From a virus, in IMG/VR virus record IMGVR_UViG_3300028388_004772, positions 77,248 through 141,247 of that record: a stretch of DNA of 64,000 nt. One strand, given 5' to 3'. Of the stretch, positions 19,297 through 29,761 are shown one piece after another. Both the position numbers and the translations under genes were made by a program. Numbering within the stretch: the stretch's first letter is position 1; every line of letters starts with the position of its first letter. The notes under the pieces were generated by a model that was not told where the DNA came from, ran no database searches, and saw nothing but the letters and a program-made list of their open reading frames with translations.

Positions 19297-19559
19297 AATA
19301 TATACCTCAACAATGCTGTAAACAACATGAACCCAACAACTGTATTCAAAATAATTAGAGCTCTATCCTTCCAAGCTAGGGCAACATAAAGCCAACCGGC
19401 AGTACCTACCCACGAAAATACAACGTCATATATTTTAGGAATTTCTTCAACTGATCTACATGCCACTGAGACTAAGACAAAGAAGGTTGATATCCACTTA
19501 ACATAGTAGACCCAACCAGTTGTTTTAATCAGTGTGATTTCTTCATTAAGCTGCTTCAT
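19293..19559 (-). CDS. Small three-TM membrane protein
   Basis: KW...GWLYVAL.WKDRALIILN. Confidence 0.65.
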   Translation of the reverse strand: MKQLNEEITLIKTTGWVYYVKWISTFFVLVSVACRSVEEIPKIYDVVFSWVGTAGWLYVALAWKDRALIILNTVVGFMLFTALLRYIF

Positions 19560-19888
19560 ATTTTTTCAACTCAACCATGTGTGACATATAGGGAATCATT
19601 ATTGCCATGGTCCGTGTTGCAACTTCGTATTGCTGCAAACATGTTTCCATTTCAAACACTTGCTTTTCTTCGAAGACACCTTTTGCAACACCTTCAGCCA
19701 AGAGTTTTTCAAAATCTTTTTTAATGCTCATAATCATTCTCCTCCCTTTGCTTTGTCAAGCTCGATGTAAAGGTATTCTATCTCTGCATTAAGAAAATCA
19801 TAAGAGCAAGAACCAAAATCACACTCAGCAATGTCATTTTCTAACTCTTCAATTTCTTTTTTAAGTTCTTCGATTGTTTTCATAATAT

Positions 19889-19942
19889 TCTCTCCTCATT
19901 TGATGTAGCCATTATATCAAATAAATTCAAGAAAGGGAACAG
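19889..19942 (-). promoter_or_regulatory. Early promoter/leader repeat, copy 3
   Basis: TATAAT-GGCTACATCAAATGAGGAGAGA ahead of a short ORF starting MKTIEELKKE at 19883. Confidence 0.75.
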
Positions 19943-19971
19943 TTTTTTGAATAAAAAAATAATGTTAGATA

Positions 19972-20259
19972 TCAATCATCTACAGAGATATCGGAGAATT
20001 GTCTTCCGGCAATATCATCAAGTTGGAGTCTAAACTCTTTGATCTTTTTTTGTCGGTCCTTACCAGGCCATTTGATGTAATCCAATTCAGGGTTCTTTTC
20101 AAGGTTGGTGAGGAGAGGGAGAATCATTTCGTATATTTCACTCACTTGCTTATCGAGAAACTCAATATGGGCATCTTTCTTCTCGTTAATATTTTTTACT
20201 GATTCCAGATCGTTTTCATCAACAAGAGTGAAACCAAAGTCAAAGTCTAGGTCGGCCAA
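19972..20259 (-). CDS. Conserved phage hypothetical protein
   Basis: FDFGFT.VDE..L...ILPLL.NL.KNP..DYI.WP. Confidence 0.7.
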   Translation of the reverse strand: MADLDFDFGFTLVDENDLESVKNINEKKDAHIEFLDKQVSEIYEMILPLLTNLEKNPELDYIKWPGKDRQKKIKEFRLQLDDIAGRQFSDISVDD

Positions 20260-20918
20260 AATTGTCTCCTTTTATATTCTTTAATTGTATCATGTAACAT
20301 TTCAGTCCAATTGTCTCTATGTTCTTTAAACACAAGAGGTTCGTGACCATCAACATCCATAACGACGACGAGGTTTGTGATAGCCTTGCCCGTACGTTCT
20401 TCAAACATAATTGCATAGGCTGCCATCTGACAGAAGTAGTTTGTGATTTTCTCTTTCTGCTTGGGGTATTTGCTTGTCTTCCAGTCAACGATTGACGTTA
20501 CACCATCGAACTCAGCAATACAATCACAGCGCCCAGCCAAACCCAAGTACTGACTATATAAAGGAACTTCAATCCCAAAGATACGTCCAATCCTGGAGTC
20601 GAGTATCGGCTCAACATTGGCGAGACTTTGTCTGATATGCGGTAGATATTCTGAAGTATCTTTTCCATTCAAATAATCCTCAATAATCGAATGTACTAAA
20701 GTACCTCTTTGAGAGGCACGACCACTTACCCGATTGGCTTCTTCTTCACCCACACGTTGACGCCAGGCCTGGATTGCTTCTTCGGTTAATATGCTTAGGA
20801 CAGTAGTCACACTTGGGAAACTACCTTCCGGAGTCTTATATAGTCGTCCAGAGTCGGAAGTTTCGGCCTCTAGATCAATATATCCAAGATCAATTGGATC
20901 ATGCTCAAATGTTCTCAT
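20247..20918 (-). CDS. PD-(D/E)xK exonuclease (Cas4/RecB-like phage exonuclease)
   Basis: PSVTTVL, RGTLVH, AGRCDCIA, IVDWKTS, QMAAYA. Confidence 0.88.
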   Translation of the reverse strand: MRTFEHDPIDLGYIDLEAETSDSGRLYKTPEGSFPSVTTVLSILTEEAIQAWRQRVGEEEANRVSGRASQRGTLVHSIIEDYLNGKDTSEYLPHIRQSLANVEPILDSRIGRIFGIEVPLYSQYLGLAGRCDCIAEFDGVTSIVDWKTSKYPKQKEKITNYFCQMAAYAIMFEERTGKAITNLVVVMDVDGHEPLVFKEHRDNWTEMLHDTIKEYKRRQFWPT

Positions 20919-21148
20919 ACTTTAATAGTGTTGCCGCGGCCACTTCCTTTCTTAATATTTTTCAAATGATCTTGCCAATCACTACCAGCCCTTGTCAACG
21001 GACTTTTTGTATCAGAGATTGGATTCAATGGTTGTAGTTGAATCTTCAAATGAGGATTATCTTCCTTGAATTGATCAAGTTCAGATATCTTCATAATGTG
21101 TTCTTCAATCTGATCAGTAGCTGTATCTTTAAAAACATATGTTGGCAT
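20915..21148 (-). CDS. FmdB-like small protein
   Basis: MPTYVFKD...NPHL...W...L..IKK. Confidence 0.6.
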   Translation of the reverse strand: MPTYVFKDTATDQIEEHIMKISELDQFKEDNPHLKIQLQPLNPISDTKSPLTRAGSDWQDHLKNIKKGSGRGNTIKV

Positions 21149-21356
21149 TATGACCGTGCCCATAACATTTGTTCTTCCAATGCATGGCGAGCTGCGTGAA
21201 TATAATCTCTATCCTCATCACTCAGAGCTGACCAAAATTTACTGACAGATGAAATGTGATCAGCAACTTCTTCTTGTTGTTGAAGGTGCTTTTGACTCTC
21301 CATCATCTCTTGTAACTGATCCATACGCTCATTAATTTTATCTTGTACTGACATAT

Positions 21357-21773
21357 TTACTCCGGGAGCAATCCAGGGAAAGCTTCGTTAACAATTGGTT
21401 TGGTTAATCCCTTTGGGGTCTTCTTGTTAATCATATCGATGACTAGTTTGGCATCATCTGGATGAATTGATTCCAGCATTCCTATAAAAATATTTTCTCT
21501 TTTATATGCTGGTAAATCTTTTCCTTTACCACCCTTAACAAAGTAGGCAAACTTAACATTTTCCTTCATAAGATTTGTAGGAACTGATTCAATAGGACAT
21601 GCTGTATAAGGTGGCTCACCTTCTGGGAGCAACCAAACAACCCTTGGGTCCATTGATCCACGGATAATGTCCTTAAGTGCCCAAGACTCGTTATTCTTTA
21701 GGATCTCAATTTTATCCTTTTTGGATTTCTTTTTGGCGACTTCTTCAAGCACCTCAAATATAAACTTACGCAT
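21357..21773 (-). CDS. Conserved T4-like hypothetical protein (rnh neighbour)
   Basis: WLLPEGEPPY...KRE.IFI.MLE.IHP.DA. Confidence 0.7.
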   Translation of the reverse strand: MRKFIFEVLEEVAKKKSKKDKIEILKNNESWALKDIIRGSMDPRVVWLLPEGEPPYTACPIESVPTNLMKENVKFAYFVKGGKGKDLPAYKRENIFIGMLESIHPDDAKLVIDMINKKTPKGLTKPIVNEAFPGLLPE

Positions 21774-22621
21774 TAAATAAACTCCTCAATGCATTCAATT
21801 AATAATTTACACTTTTTATTTATTAAGTAGGGAAGGACCTTGCCTTTGTTTCCCCATGGGTCTTGAGCCTGATATGACTCGAGTATTTTCTCTTTCAAGG
21901 TCTGTGGAGTTTTTGACAGATCGATTAACATTTCATTTCGTTGCCAGTTTCGATACCAAGGTGGTAATTCAGAACTGGGCGAGTCAAAGTAGTTAAGAAC
22001 CTCTGTAACTTTCTTCTTAGAAGCAGGGGTCTGTCGCAACCCTTCAATAAACACATTGTCGTCAGAAAAGATATTAGGAACCCCATCACCTGTGTCTCCT
22101 TTAATAATTTTCTCCGCAAGATGCAGTCTCGGATGATCCTCTGTAACAAATTTCTTCAGGATAGGAGAGAACTGTTTGACATTGTCGTATCGTTGCAACT
22201 GTTTGAAGTCACCATCAGCTGATACAATCATCACAGGTTCATAGTTACCAAACTCTTGGGTATTGGCAACAATCGTACCGATAATATCATCGGCCTCGCA
22301 TCCATCAATTTGAATTACTTTGTACGGAAAGTTTTCTTTGATCTCTTCCCGTACCGTATTGAGAATGCGAAAAGCCTCGTTCCAATCAAAGTCTGAATCT
22401 TCGCGCGTCTTTCGACGAGAAGCTTTGTATTGAGGAAAGGCATCTCGTCTCCAGTTACCTGGACCATCTGCAGCGAGAATAACTTCACCATACTCTTTAT
22501 GAAACTTTACCCTATACATACGTATAGTATTAAGGATCATGTGTCTAATCAATTCTTCATTCAATGTTTTTTCGATAATAATAGAACCCATTGCAATTCC
22601 ATTATAATCCATAATAATCAT
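21773..22621 (-). CDS. rnh: RNase H / 5'-3' exonuclease (FEN family)
   Basis: WRR..FPQYKA.R, EADDIIG, SADGDF.QL, GD.GDGVPN. Confidence 0.93.
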   Translation of the reverse strand: MIIMDYNGIAMGSIIIEKTLNEELIRHMILNTIRMYRVKFHKEYGEVILAADGPGNWRRDAFPQYKASRRKTREDSDFDWNEAFRILNTVREEIKENFPYKVIQIDGCEADDIIGTIVANTQEFGNYEPVMIVSADGDFKQLQRYDNVKQFSPILKKFVTEDHPRLHLAEKIIKGDTGDGVPNIFSDDNVFIEGLRQTPASKKKVTEVLNYFDSPSSELPPWYRNWQRNEMLIDLSKTPQTLKEKILESYQAQDPWGNKGKVLPYLINKKCKLLIECIEEFI

Positions 22622-22668
22622 ATATCATTCCTTCCCCGAAATGTCTCGGGTATTATACAGGATAATTT

Positions 22669-23070
22669 TTATTTAGACAAGTGCTTTGAGTGAATTTTAC
22701 AACCAATAAATTCATTGTAGTATTCATCTGAGAGTAGAACATCATGTTCAAATTGAAGTTTGGCTTCATAGTAAGAGCATTCGCCCTTGGTCCTACAAAG
22801 CTTTAGGATTTCTCGTTTGTAGTTGTCATGTCCTTTGGATTCAACGAGTCTTTGAACTTCAATACTCGAACCGAAGTAATCACGCCAATCAGACTCAACA
22901 CGAGTCTTTATTCTACGTTTACGAGATTTGGTGATGGGTAAGGTTTTAGGCCGCCAGAAGAATTTTTTACCAATATATTTTTTACCAGTGTCTAATTCAG
23001 TAATGCAATAGACAAACCCCTGATATTCATCAGGGGTGTCCATAAACGGTTTATCTTCGTATATCCACAT
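22669..23070 (-). CDS. GIY-YIG family nuclease
   Basis: GFVYCIT...KKYIGKK...Y.GSS...EIL; start reassigned to MWIYED. Confidence 0.75.
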   Translation of the reverse strand: MWIYEDKPFMDTPDEYQGFVYCITELDTGKKYIGKKFFWRPKTLPITKSRKRRIKTRVESDWRDYFGSSIEVQRLVESKGHDNYKREILKLCRTKGECSYYEAKLQFEHDVLLSDEYYNEFIGCKIHSKHLSK

Positions 23071-23211
23071 GCATTTATATATCATCCCCTTCGGATACGT
23101 CCTCTGGTTCCGCACGTCTCCCACAACACGGACAAAACTCGACCAGAACATACTCCTCAACGACAAGATGTGTTTCCATATCACATTCTTCACACATAAT
23201 CCTCAATTGCT

Positions 23212-24165
23212 TCATGCGGCTTCCCACCCCCAGTCGCCTTCCATGCCGACTACGGAGTATTCAGTTACACGCTTCTCAAAGAAGTTATCATGAGAAGCTC
23301 CATTCAATACCCAATCCAACCAAGGGAGGGGATTGTCTTTTTGCTTGAACTTTGGTTTCATACCAAGTTGAAGCAAACGGCGATCTGCGATATGACGAAT
23401 GTAGAGCTTGACTTCCTCTTTAGTCAAACCTTGAATGTCATGTCCGTTAAACGCCAGATCAATAAATTTATCTTCTAACTTAACAGCATTCTTTGCCATC
23501 TCGTAGATTTTAGACTTGAGCTCATCATTGACGATACGTGGATGCTCATTACAGAATTCACGGAATAACTTTGAGTTACCTTGTACGTGTAGTGTCTCAT
23601 CACGGATTGACCATTCAACAATAGTACCCATACCTTTCATCTTACCAAAGCGCTGGAAGTTTAGCAACATAACGAACGATGCGAAGACAGCAAGACCTTC
23701 ATTAAATACTGATTGTGCAAGTGCTAGGGCAACACCTGTATGAGATTGAATATTACCTTGCTTCATGAAGTCCACTTTATCAGCCATCTCGGTATACTCT
23801 AAGAAAGCATGGAAGTCTTCATCTGGCAATCCAAGTGTATCATTCAACAAAGCATATGCTCTTTGGTGTACACCTTCACGATTTGCAAACGATGAAAGCA
23901 TGTTACGTACTTCGTTGTTCTTGAATCGTGGAATCAATAACTCGTGATAGTTCTCACCAACCTGTACGTCAGATTGGGTGAAAAGGCGAAGAACCTGAGT
24001 CACAAATTCTTTTTCAGAATCTGTTAGTTTGGTTCTCCAATCCTGAACGTCTTCTGACAATTCAGCTTCGTCTTCTACCCAATGGATCTCTTCATGCTTC
24101 TTTGTAAGTTCAACTGCCCACGGATACTGAAATGGTTTGTAAGTCTTTGAAAACTCTGTTAGCAT
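23212..24165 (-). CDS. nrdB: Ribonucleotide reductase class Ia beta subunit
   Basis: REGVHQRAY, WSIRDETLH, NFFEKRVTEY. Confidence 0.93.
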   Translation of the reverse strand: MLTEFSKTYKPFQYPWAVELTKKHEEIHWVEDEAELSEDVQDWRTKLTDSEKEFVTQVLRLFTQSDVQVGENYHELLIPRFKNNEVRNMLSSFANREGVHQRAYALLNDTLGLPDEDFHAFLEYTEMADKVDFMKQGNIQSHTGVALALAQSVFNEGLAVFASFVMLLNFQRFGKMKGMGTIVEWSIRDETLHVQGNSKLFREFCNEHPRIVNDELKSKIYEMAKNAVKLEDKFIDLAFNGHDIQGLTKEEVKLYIRHIADRRLLQLGMKPKFKQKDNPLPWLDWVLNGASHDNFFEKRVTEYSVVGMEGDWGWEAA

Positions 24166-24166
24166 A

Positions 24167-26149
24167 TTAGCCCTCGCATGCTCGACATTCATCTGTTTCT
24201 ATTGTAATTGGTTTATTAAGGTACGCCATTAATTCGTCATAACCACCAACATACTGTCCTTCCACATAAATTTGTGGCACGGTCTTCACTTTACGACCAG
24301 TTACTTCGGCCGCGGTTTTACCAATCTCTTCCAGATCGATAAACTCAAATGGGATATCCCTGAGCTCAAGCTCTTCTTTTGCTTGAGTACAGAAAGGACA
24401 ATTAACCTTACCGTATACTAAGGTTCTCATGTCATCTTGTAATGCTACTCGCTCAACCTTCTCTGATACATTCTCAGCACGAGATTTTGCTTCTGTACGA
24501 AGGTAATATAATCCCTTAAGCTTTTCCTTCCATGCCTTGAGATGTACTTTATTAACATAAGATTTTTCTGCACCGGCCGGGAAGAAGAGATTAACCGATT
24601 GGCCTTGGCAGATAAACGGCTGTCGATCAGCTGCATGCTGTACGACCCAGTTCTGATCAAGTTCCTGCGCAGTTTTAAATACCGCTTTTTCGCCTTCGGT
24701 GAGCTCGGGCAAGTGTTGAACCGATCCCTTATTAGTAATAATCGATGTCCAGGTAGTTTCATTATTTATACCATGAGCGTCAAGAACTTCTTCTAAATAC
24801 TTATTCTTTACAAGATGTGATCCCGCTCTTGTACGATGTGTGTATGCATTTGCCTTGAGAGGCTCGATTGATGGGGATGTTCCAACAATAAGTCCTGAAC
24901 TTGCATTAGGAGCAATCGCCAGTAAGTGAGCGAAACGTAAACCGGTACCATATCCATCTAAATATTCTCCTCTTTGTTCTGCTAGCCGTTGCGAAGATGC
25001 CACAGCTCGATTCTTGATCGTAGAAAATACAACATGATTGATCTCCTGAGCCTTTTCACTTTCCCAAGCAACCCCGTGCTTTTGGAGAAGTGAATGGAAG
25101 CCCATTGCTCCCAGGCCAATCGATCTCTCTCTTGCTGCAGAATAGCGAGCCCTTGAAATTTCATCTGGTGCATTTTCGATAAAGTATTCAAGTACGTTGT
25201 CCAGCATCGTGACGAGATCTTCAACAATAGTGGTATTTTTCCACTCATCGTAGAACTCCAGATTGAGAGATGATAGGCAACAAACCGCAGTACGGTCAGC
25301 GCCGGTAGGTAAATGAATTTCATTGCAAAGATTTGAGCCATTGATTCTTAACCCCTTATCTTTTAATGCTTGAGGTAAGTGTCTATTTGCTTCATCAATG
25401 AAATTCAAATATGGCTCACCTGTTCTAAAACGAACTTCAATAATTCTTTCCCATAATTTACGAGCATTAACGGTTTCTTTTACAGATCCATCCTTTGGAT
25501 CTCTCAGATCAAAATCACTGTTTGAAACTACAGCTTCCATAAATTCATCAGTGATATTAATAGCGTTATGTAAGTTCAATGCCTTACGTTGTACGTCTCC
25601 GGTCGGAATACGCATATTCAAGAATTCTGAAATATCTGGATGAGATACATCCATGTAAGCAGCATATGATCCCTTTCTCGTCTTACCCTGACGATAAGCA
25701 ATCATATCAGCATCCACTGTATGGAGAAAGGGAATAGGACCAGGAGCCTTATCCGATACTGTACGGACATCAGACCAATGTCCGCCAACACCACCACCCA
25801 TGATGGAAAGCCAACGAAGTTCTGATGAATGAGAGATCAGACCTTCTAATGTATCAGGAACGTAAGTAAGAAAACAAGAGATCGGAAGACCGTATCCTTC
25901 TACCTTTCCATTTGGTGCATTGGATAGTACAGGAGAGGCAAACATAAACCATCTTTTACTCACATACTCATAAAGACGCTGTGCAAGATCAGCATCCATT
26001 TCACCCTTATATGTTGACCATGCAGCTGATGCTCGTGCATAGGCTTCTTGTGGAGAAGCCTCATTACCTCGCATATAGAAATCCTTGAGCATCCCTATAG
26101 CGTAGTCGGTAAGTAGGTCATCTCTGCTTTTATCTATTTTTATTGACAT
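24167..26149 (-). CDS. nrdA: Ribonucleotide reductase class I alpha subunit with a fused glutaredoxin domain
   Basis: ISCF, GSNLCNE, IAPNASS, LYYLR; then VYGK.NCPFC...TVPQI...GGY, ending CRACEG. Confidence 0.95.
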   Translation of the reverse strand: MSIKIDKSRDDLLTDYAIGMLKDFYMRGNEASPQEAYARASAAWSTYKGEMDADLAQRLYEYVSKRWFMFASPVLSNAPNGKVEGYGLPISCFLTYVPDTLEGLISHSSELRWLSIMGGGVGGHWSDVRTVSDKAPGPIPFLHTVDADMIAYRQGKTRKGSYAAYMDVSHPDISEFLNMRIPTGDVQRKALNLHNAINITDEFMEAVVSNSDFDLRDPKDGSVKETVNARKLWERIIEVRFRTGEPYLNFIDEANRHLPQALKDKGLRINGSNLCNEIHLPTGADRTAVCCLSSLNLEFYDEWKNTTIVEDLVTMLDNVLEYFIENAPDEISRARYSAARERSIGLGAMGFHSLLQKHGVAWESEKAQEINHVVFSTIKNRAVASSQRLAEQRGEYLDGYGTGLRFAHLLAIAPNASSGLIVGTSPSIEPLKANAYTHRTRAGSHLVKNKYLEEVLDAHGINNETTWTSIITNKGSVQHLPELTEGEKAVFKTAQELDQNWVVQHAADRQPFICQGQSVNLFFPAGAEKSYVNKVHLKAWKEKLKGLYYLRTEAKSRAENVSEKVERVALQDDMRTLVYGKVNCPFCTQAKEELELRDIPFEFIDLEEIGKTAAEVTGRKVKTVPQIYVEGQYVGGYDELMAYLNKPITIETDECRACEG

Positions 26150-26204
26150 TAATTAATTGCCTCGTGTAAAACGGTATTATACACTAAGTCTCATAGTCTG
26201 TAAA

Positions 26205-26624
26205 CTACTGATTATTATCTTGCTCTTGTTGAGCTGAGGGGCTTACGGCTTCTTCGTAGTATACTATGATTTCAGTTTGTTGATTTATGTATCTTCTTAG
26301 CTCTCCGATGTTGAGAGCTAAGTTCTCGTAGTCCTTTACCGACAAAGCGATAAAGGCCAGATCACCATTGGTGTCTGTAAACTCTTTGATAAAGTCATCA
26401 AGATTGTCTTTATTGACAACGTAGATTCTTGTATCAGTTAGTTGTATTGGTTTCGGGCGTGCTACCGTTGGTACCGTTGTCTTCTCGACCTTGGTTACTA
26501 CTTTGATCTCCGGTTCCGGTTGGCTGCTGAACGGGTTCAGGCTGCAGCCAGTTAGGAAGAGGAGTGTCCCCAGTACCACCAGTGTCTTGCTCGAGATCAC
26601 GCCAAAGTTTTGCTGTTGCGCCAT
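26205..26624 (-). CDS. o-spanin-like lipoprotein (Rz1-like)
   Basis: Lipobox LFLTG-C; Pro-rich; overlaps the i-spanin in another frame. Confidence 0.7.
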   Translation of the reverse strand: MAQQQNFGVISSKTLVVLGTLLFLTGCSLNPFSSQPEPEIKVVTKVEKTTVPTVARPKPIQLTDTRIYVVNKDNLDDFIKEFTDTNGDLAFIALSVKDYENLALNIGELRRYINQQTEIIVYYEEAVSPSAQQEQDNNQ

Positions 26625-26949
26625 TCATCTTACCTTCTAATAATCCAGGCTTCTTTAGAGCCAATGCAGTTAAATCATGTCTGCGTAGCTTTGATTGAAG
26701 TTCATCGCCGTATTGTTCGGCTTTTTGTAATTGTGTTTGTAATTGGTTATTTAATTCTTGAAACTTAGCCATGTCCTGTTGTAGTGTCTGCAGACTGGCT
26801 TCACTGGTTTCGATGGCAACTTCTAATTTGGCATTATTCTCGCGTAACGTGGCAATGCGCGCTTGGGTATCTTGATAGTACCACACACCTGCATATCCTA
26901 CAGAGGCAAGTATTCCTAGTACTATGACCATGACATAAATTTTAATCAT
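26434..26949 (-). CDS. i-spanin-like protein (Rz-like)
   Basis: N-terminal TM, long coiled coil, KKPGL motif as in T4 pseT.3-like proteins. Confidence 0.7.
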   Translation of the reverse strand: MIKIYVMVIVLGILASVGYAGVWYYQDTQARIATLRENNAKLEVAIETSEASLQTLQQDMAKFQELNNQLQTQLQKAEQYGDELQSKLRRHDLTALALKKPGLLEGKMNGATAKLWRDLEQDTGGTGDTPLPNWLQPEPVQQPTGTGDQSSNQGREDNGTNGSTPETNTTN

Positions 26950-27118
26950 TTTGGATCTTCGACGTACTTTCTAAATCTTTTAAGTAGGACAGGCACTTGA
27001 TCTTTTTTACGTCTGCGATCAGTGACGTTAGTAGTTTTGAGGCGAGGTCCCATAGCAGTTTGAGCAGGATTGGGAATTGAAGCTGTAGAGGTTGCTGGAG
27101 CGTCTTCTTTTACTTTTT

Positions 27119-27703
27119 TCATTTCGTTAATTCCTGCGCAGAGACATATATCTCGCGTCCAGTGTTTAAATGTGTTGCCTTGTATATATCTATACCAAGG
27201 ACATTTCCAATAGGATAACAATCCTCATTGATTTTTATTTTATCTTTTGCTCTGACCAATTCATCGAATGTATCGTTCAATAATTTAGCTTCTGATAACT
27301 TGTATACACCAGGCGATAACATCTTATCGTCTACTATGAACCATGTATTCTCGACCATCAGGTCAGTTGTATCAACGTGCAATTTATTTATAATTTCATC
27401 GATTGCACGATCGTTCAGACTGTATTGTTCTTTGATTAGAAATAGAGCAGCAGCGAAACTTCCGATTTTGGAGGATCCACCTGGAATCTTGGAGAGCAGC
27501 CGTTTAATGTTAGCAGCCATACGAATAAAAGGAGTGTAGGCAGATTTCTTCTCATCTGTATCAAGTTTGACATTCTTGTCTCTCTTGCCTTCTTCGTCTA
27601 TGATTCCTAGCTTATAGGCATCCCAATCCTTCCAATCAAGGACAAGCATGCGAATGAATCTAAAGGTAAATGCTAGGTCGGCTGCTCTTTTTACAATTCC
27701 CAT
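27119..27703 (-). CDS. Conserved phage hypothetical protein
   Basis: AYKLGIIDE.G...AYT.F.R...NIKR. Confidence 0.7.
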   Translation of the reverse strand: MGIVKRAADLAFTFRFIRMLVLDWKDWDAYKLGIIDEEGKRDKNVKLDTDEKKSAYTPFIRMAANIKRLLSKIPGGSSKIGSFAAALFLIKEQYSLNDRAIDEIINKLHVDTTDLMVENTWFIVDDKMLSPGVYKLSEAKLLNDTFDELVRAKDKIKINEDCYPIGNVLGIDIYKATHLNTGREIYVSAQELTK

Positions 27704-28071
27704 TATATTTCTCTCAATCTTTTTACTACTGTCTTATCCATTTCAATATCTGTTAGCTGCTCGTTGGTGATATATCTAAGGAAGATTAAAAATGGTTTGA
27801 TGACAGGCCAGTGTTTTTCATCGAGTTTCAACTCTAGAATATTTAAGGTGGCCTCAACACCAAAGACATTGAAGACCACCACCAGATGATTTAAAATTAA
27901 CCTCTCAGCCAGATCATCATGTTCTAGGTAACGGTTTGTTAATCTCTTAATATATTTGAACCGTTTTAGATCTTCATAAAAATCATCAATATCCGAGAAG
28001 GTCGGATTATCATAATGTTTGGCAGCATAGAGAAATAAATTCTCTTCAGTTAATTTTTCAAATACAAGCAT
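27703..28071 (-). CDS. Conserved T4-like hypothetical protein
   Basis: YA.KHY.NP...F.EDLKRFKYIKRL...RLILNH. Confidence 0.75.
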   Translation of the reverse strand: MLVFEKLTEENLFLYAAKHYDNPTFSDIDDFYEDLKRFKYIKRLTNRYLEHDDLAERLILNHLVVVFNVFGVEATLNILELKLDEKHWPVIKPFLIFLRYITNEQLTDIEMDKTVVKRLREI

Positions 28072-28107
28072 TTAATACCCTTAAAATGTATAAGAGTATA
28101 TATTGCT

Positions 28108-28368
28108 TTAATTAGTGAATCTACTAATAAAAGATGTCTTAGGAGCTGGTTCAACCTCAGGCTCTACTTCTTCTACAGGAGCTTCTTCCACAACTGGTTT
28201 AGCTTTAGGCTTACGAGCTCTTTTTGGCTTAGGAGCTTCAACAACCGGTGCAGGTTTTACTACACCGTTGAGTTGATCAGCTTTTTCCTGAGTCATTTTC
28301 TGAGCCTTGAGAAGCTCACCTGTCTTAGGGTTAACCCAACCTTTTACTGTAGCCTTTGCGTTTTTCAT
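28108..28368 (-). CDS. Pro/Lys/Glu-rich hypothetical protein
   Basis: [10 protein letters not shown] followed by a low-complexity tail. Confidence 0.6.
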   Translation of the reverse strand: MKNAKATVKGWVNPKTGELLKAQKMTQEKADQLNGVVKPAPVVEAPKPKRARKPKAKPVVEEAPVEEVEPEVEPAPKTSFISRFTN

Positions 28369-29108
28369 TTTTGTATTTCCTTATAAGCAGCAGCAATTGA
28401 TCTCACTGTTTGTGAGAATGATTCTTTCATACCGCCCTTCTTAGTAATATCTTCTGGTGGATTAATAATGTTTTTATCACCTTTAGCATTCATATCAGTA
28501 GGATTCTTTGGTGAAACCTTTGCTTGCTTCTCAGCTTTTGCATTATCATCCGTTGCTTTCTTGATGTCAGCCATTACTTCAGGCTTATGATCAGCTGCCA
28601 TCTTCTTAGCAGATGGTGACCAATTATCATCATATTCTTGCTTCTGCTCAGTGTTGCCGTGATCTTTCTTTTCAAGAACAGACAACAACTTTTCTCTGAT
28701 AGACATATCAGTAGACTCCTTTTTAACAACATCTCTGTCAGCTGGGACCATGCGTGTATGTTTCTTACCGTCTGGTGCAACAAACACTTCGGGTTTCTTA
28801 TCAGCTGATCTTACATTTTCAGTAGTTGACTTACTTTCACTTTTAGGATTCATGACAGCAGTTTCGCCAGTTTCACCCTTTGGATCGTCTTTACCAGACT
28901 TTTTAATAGCCTTGGCAATTGTCTTACGACGATTATGAAGATACTTGTCTGTCTTATCTCTATCTCCATCGTTATCGATGTCACCATCTTCTTGTCCGAC
29001 AGGATCGAGCTTAGAGTTGTACAAACCTTTCTTCATTTTTTCTTTTGAAGACATTTTTTCAGTGACCTCTTGATAAGCGCGGGCCAACGCTTCGATTTCT
29101 TTTTTCAT
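28365..29108 (-). CDS. Probable prohead core / internal head protein
   Basis: Highly charged; A-x-A-Y-x-E motif at both termini; [22 protein letters not shown] motif. Confidence 0.55.
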   Translation of the reverse strand: MKKEIEALARAYQEVTEKMSSKEKMKKGLYNSKLDPVGQEDGDIDNDGDRDKTDKYLHNRRKTIAKAIKKSGKDDPKGETGETAVMNPKSESKSTTENVRSADKKPEVFVAPDGKKHTRMVPADRDVVKKESTDMSIREKLLSVLEKKDHGNTEQKQEYDDNWSPSAKKMAADHKPEVMADIKKATDDNAKAEKQAKVSPKNPTDMNAKGDKNIINPPEDITKKGGMKESFSQTVRSIAAAYKEIQK

Positions 29109-29398
29109 TAAATTATACCTACTAGTTGTGTTACTACCGACCCTGTTACGGCCACTAATACAATCCAGAACAATTTGTTTATTACACCAATTGTTCTATG
29201 ATTATCTCTGCACACTCTTTCAATTTCATCTAATTTTTCAGAGTGTCTATTTAATCTTTCATGCATGTCAGCATGATCGCCTTGAAGATTTACAATCTTT
29301 TCTTCGGCGCGTGCCATTGCGACCATAGCTTCAGCAAGCTTGTCGAGTTTTTCCTCGATTCGATCGAGACGAGTTGTTTGAGTTTCGCGGGTAGCCAT
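29108..29398 (-). CDS. Coiled-coil protein with a C-terminal TM (XhlA/holin-like)
   Basis: [12 protein letters not shown]...LFWIVLVAV. Confidence 0.55.
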   Translation of the reverse strand: MATRETQTTRLDRIEEKLDKLAEAMVAMARAEEKIVNLQGDHADMHERLNRHSEKLDEIERVCRDNHRTIGVINKLFWIVLVAVTGSVVTQLVGII

Positions 29399-29410
29399 TT
29401 CTTATCCTTA

Positions 29411-29761
29411 TTAATTATCTACCTTTGCTCCAGCCCGCCATTGGTAACAAGACCAATATCTTGCCTTCCATTTTGGACCTGGATTGTCACAATTGTGACG
29501 TGCTCTAAAACTTTTACGACGATTGGGATCATCTCTCTTAATTGACAAGTTGGGATCACCAAAGTTTACTTTAACTACGTTACCCTTATCATTCTTGACA
29601 TATACAGAAAACTTCTTGGGTCCACTTGGAGTACGGAACGGATCATTCAATGTCACCTTTCTCCCTTGGTACTCTGCTTCTGTCAGTTCGAGCTGTTCAA
29701 ACAACTCATCACATTCGCACGTGTCGTCGATCCACTCTTCTCTAAACTTCTTGAAACCCAT
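29411..29761 (-). CDS. Conserved phage protein with a capsid-targeting-like N-terminus
   Basis: MGFKKFREE; KKF.VYV...V.FGD...R.SFRARH.C...ARYWSC. Confidence 0.75.
   Translation of the reverse strand: MGFKKFREEWIDDTCECDELFEQLELTEAEYQGRKVTLNDPFRTPSGPKKFSVYVKNDKGNVVKVNFGDPNLSIKRDDPNRRKSFRARHNCDNPGPKWKARYWSCYQWRAGAKVDN

Noticed and set aside
20247-20918. Cas4 as evidence of a CRISPR system
   Set aside because: Lacks the four-Cys Fe-S pattern, with no cas genes or array nearby; a standard T4-like exonuclease.
22669-23070. Mobile homing endonuclease
   Set aside because: Short, with no C-terminal DNA-binding modules; looks like a conserved stand-alone GIY-YIG, so it was not called a mobile element.
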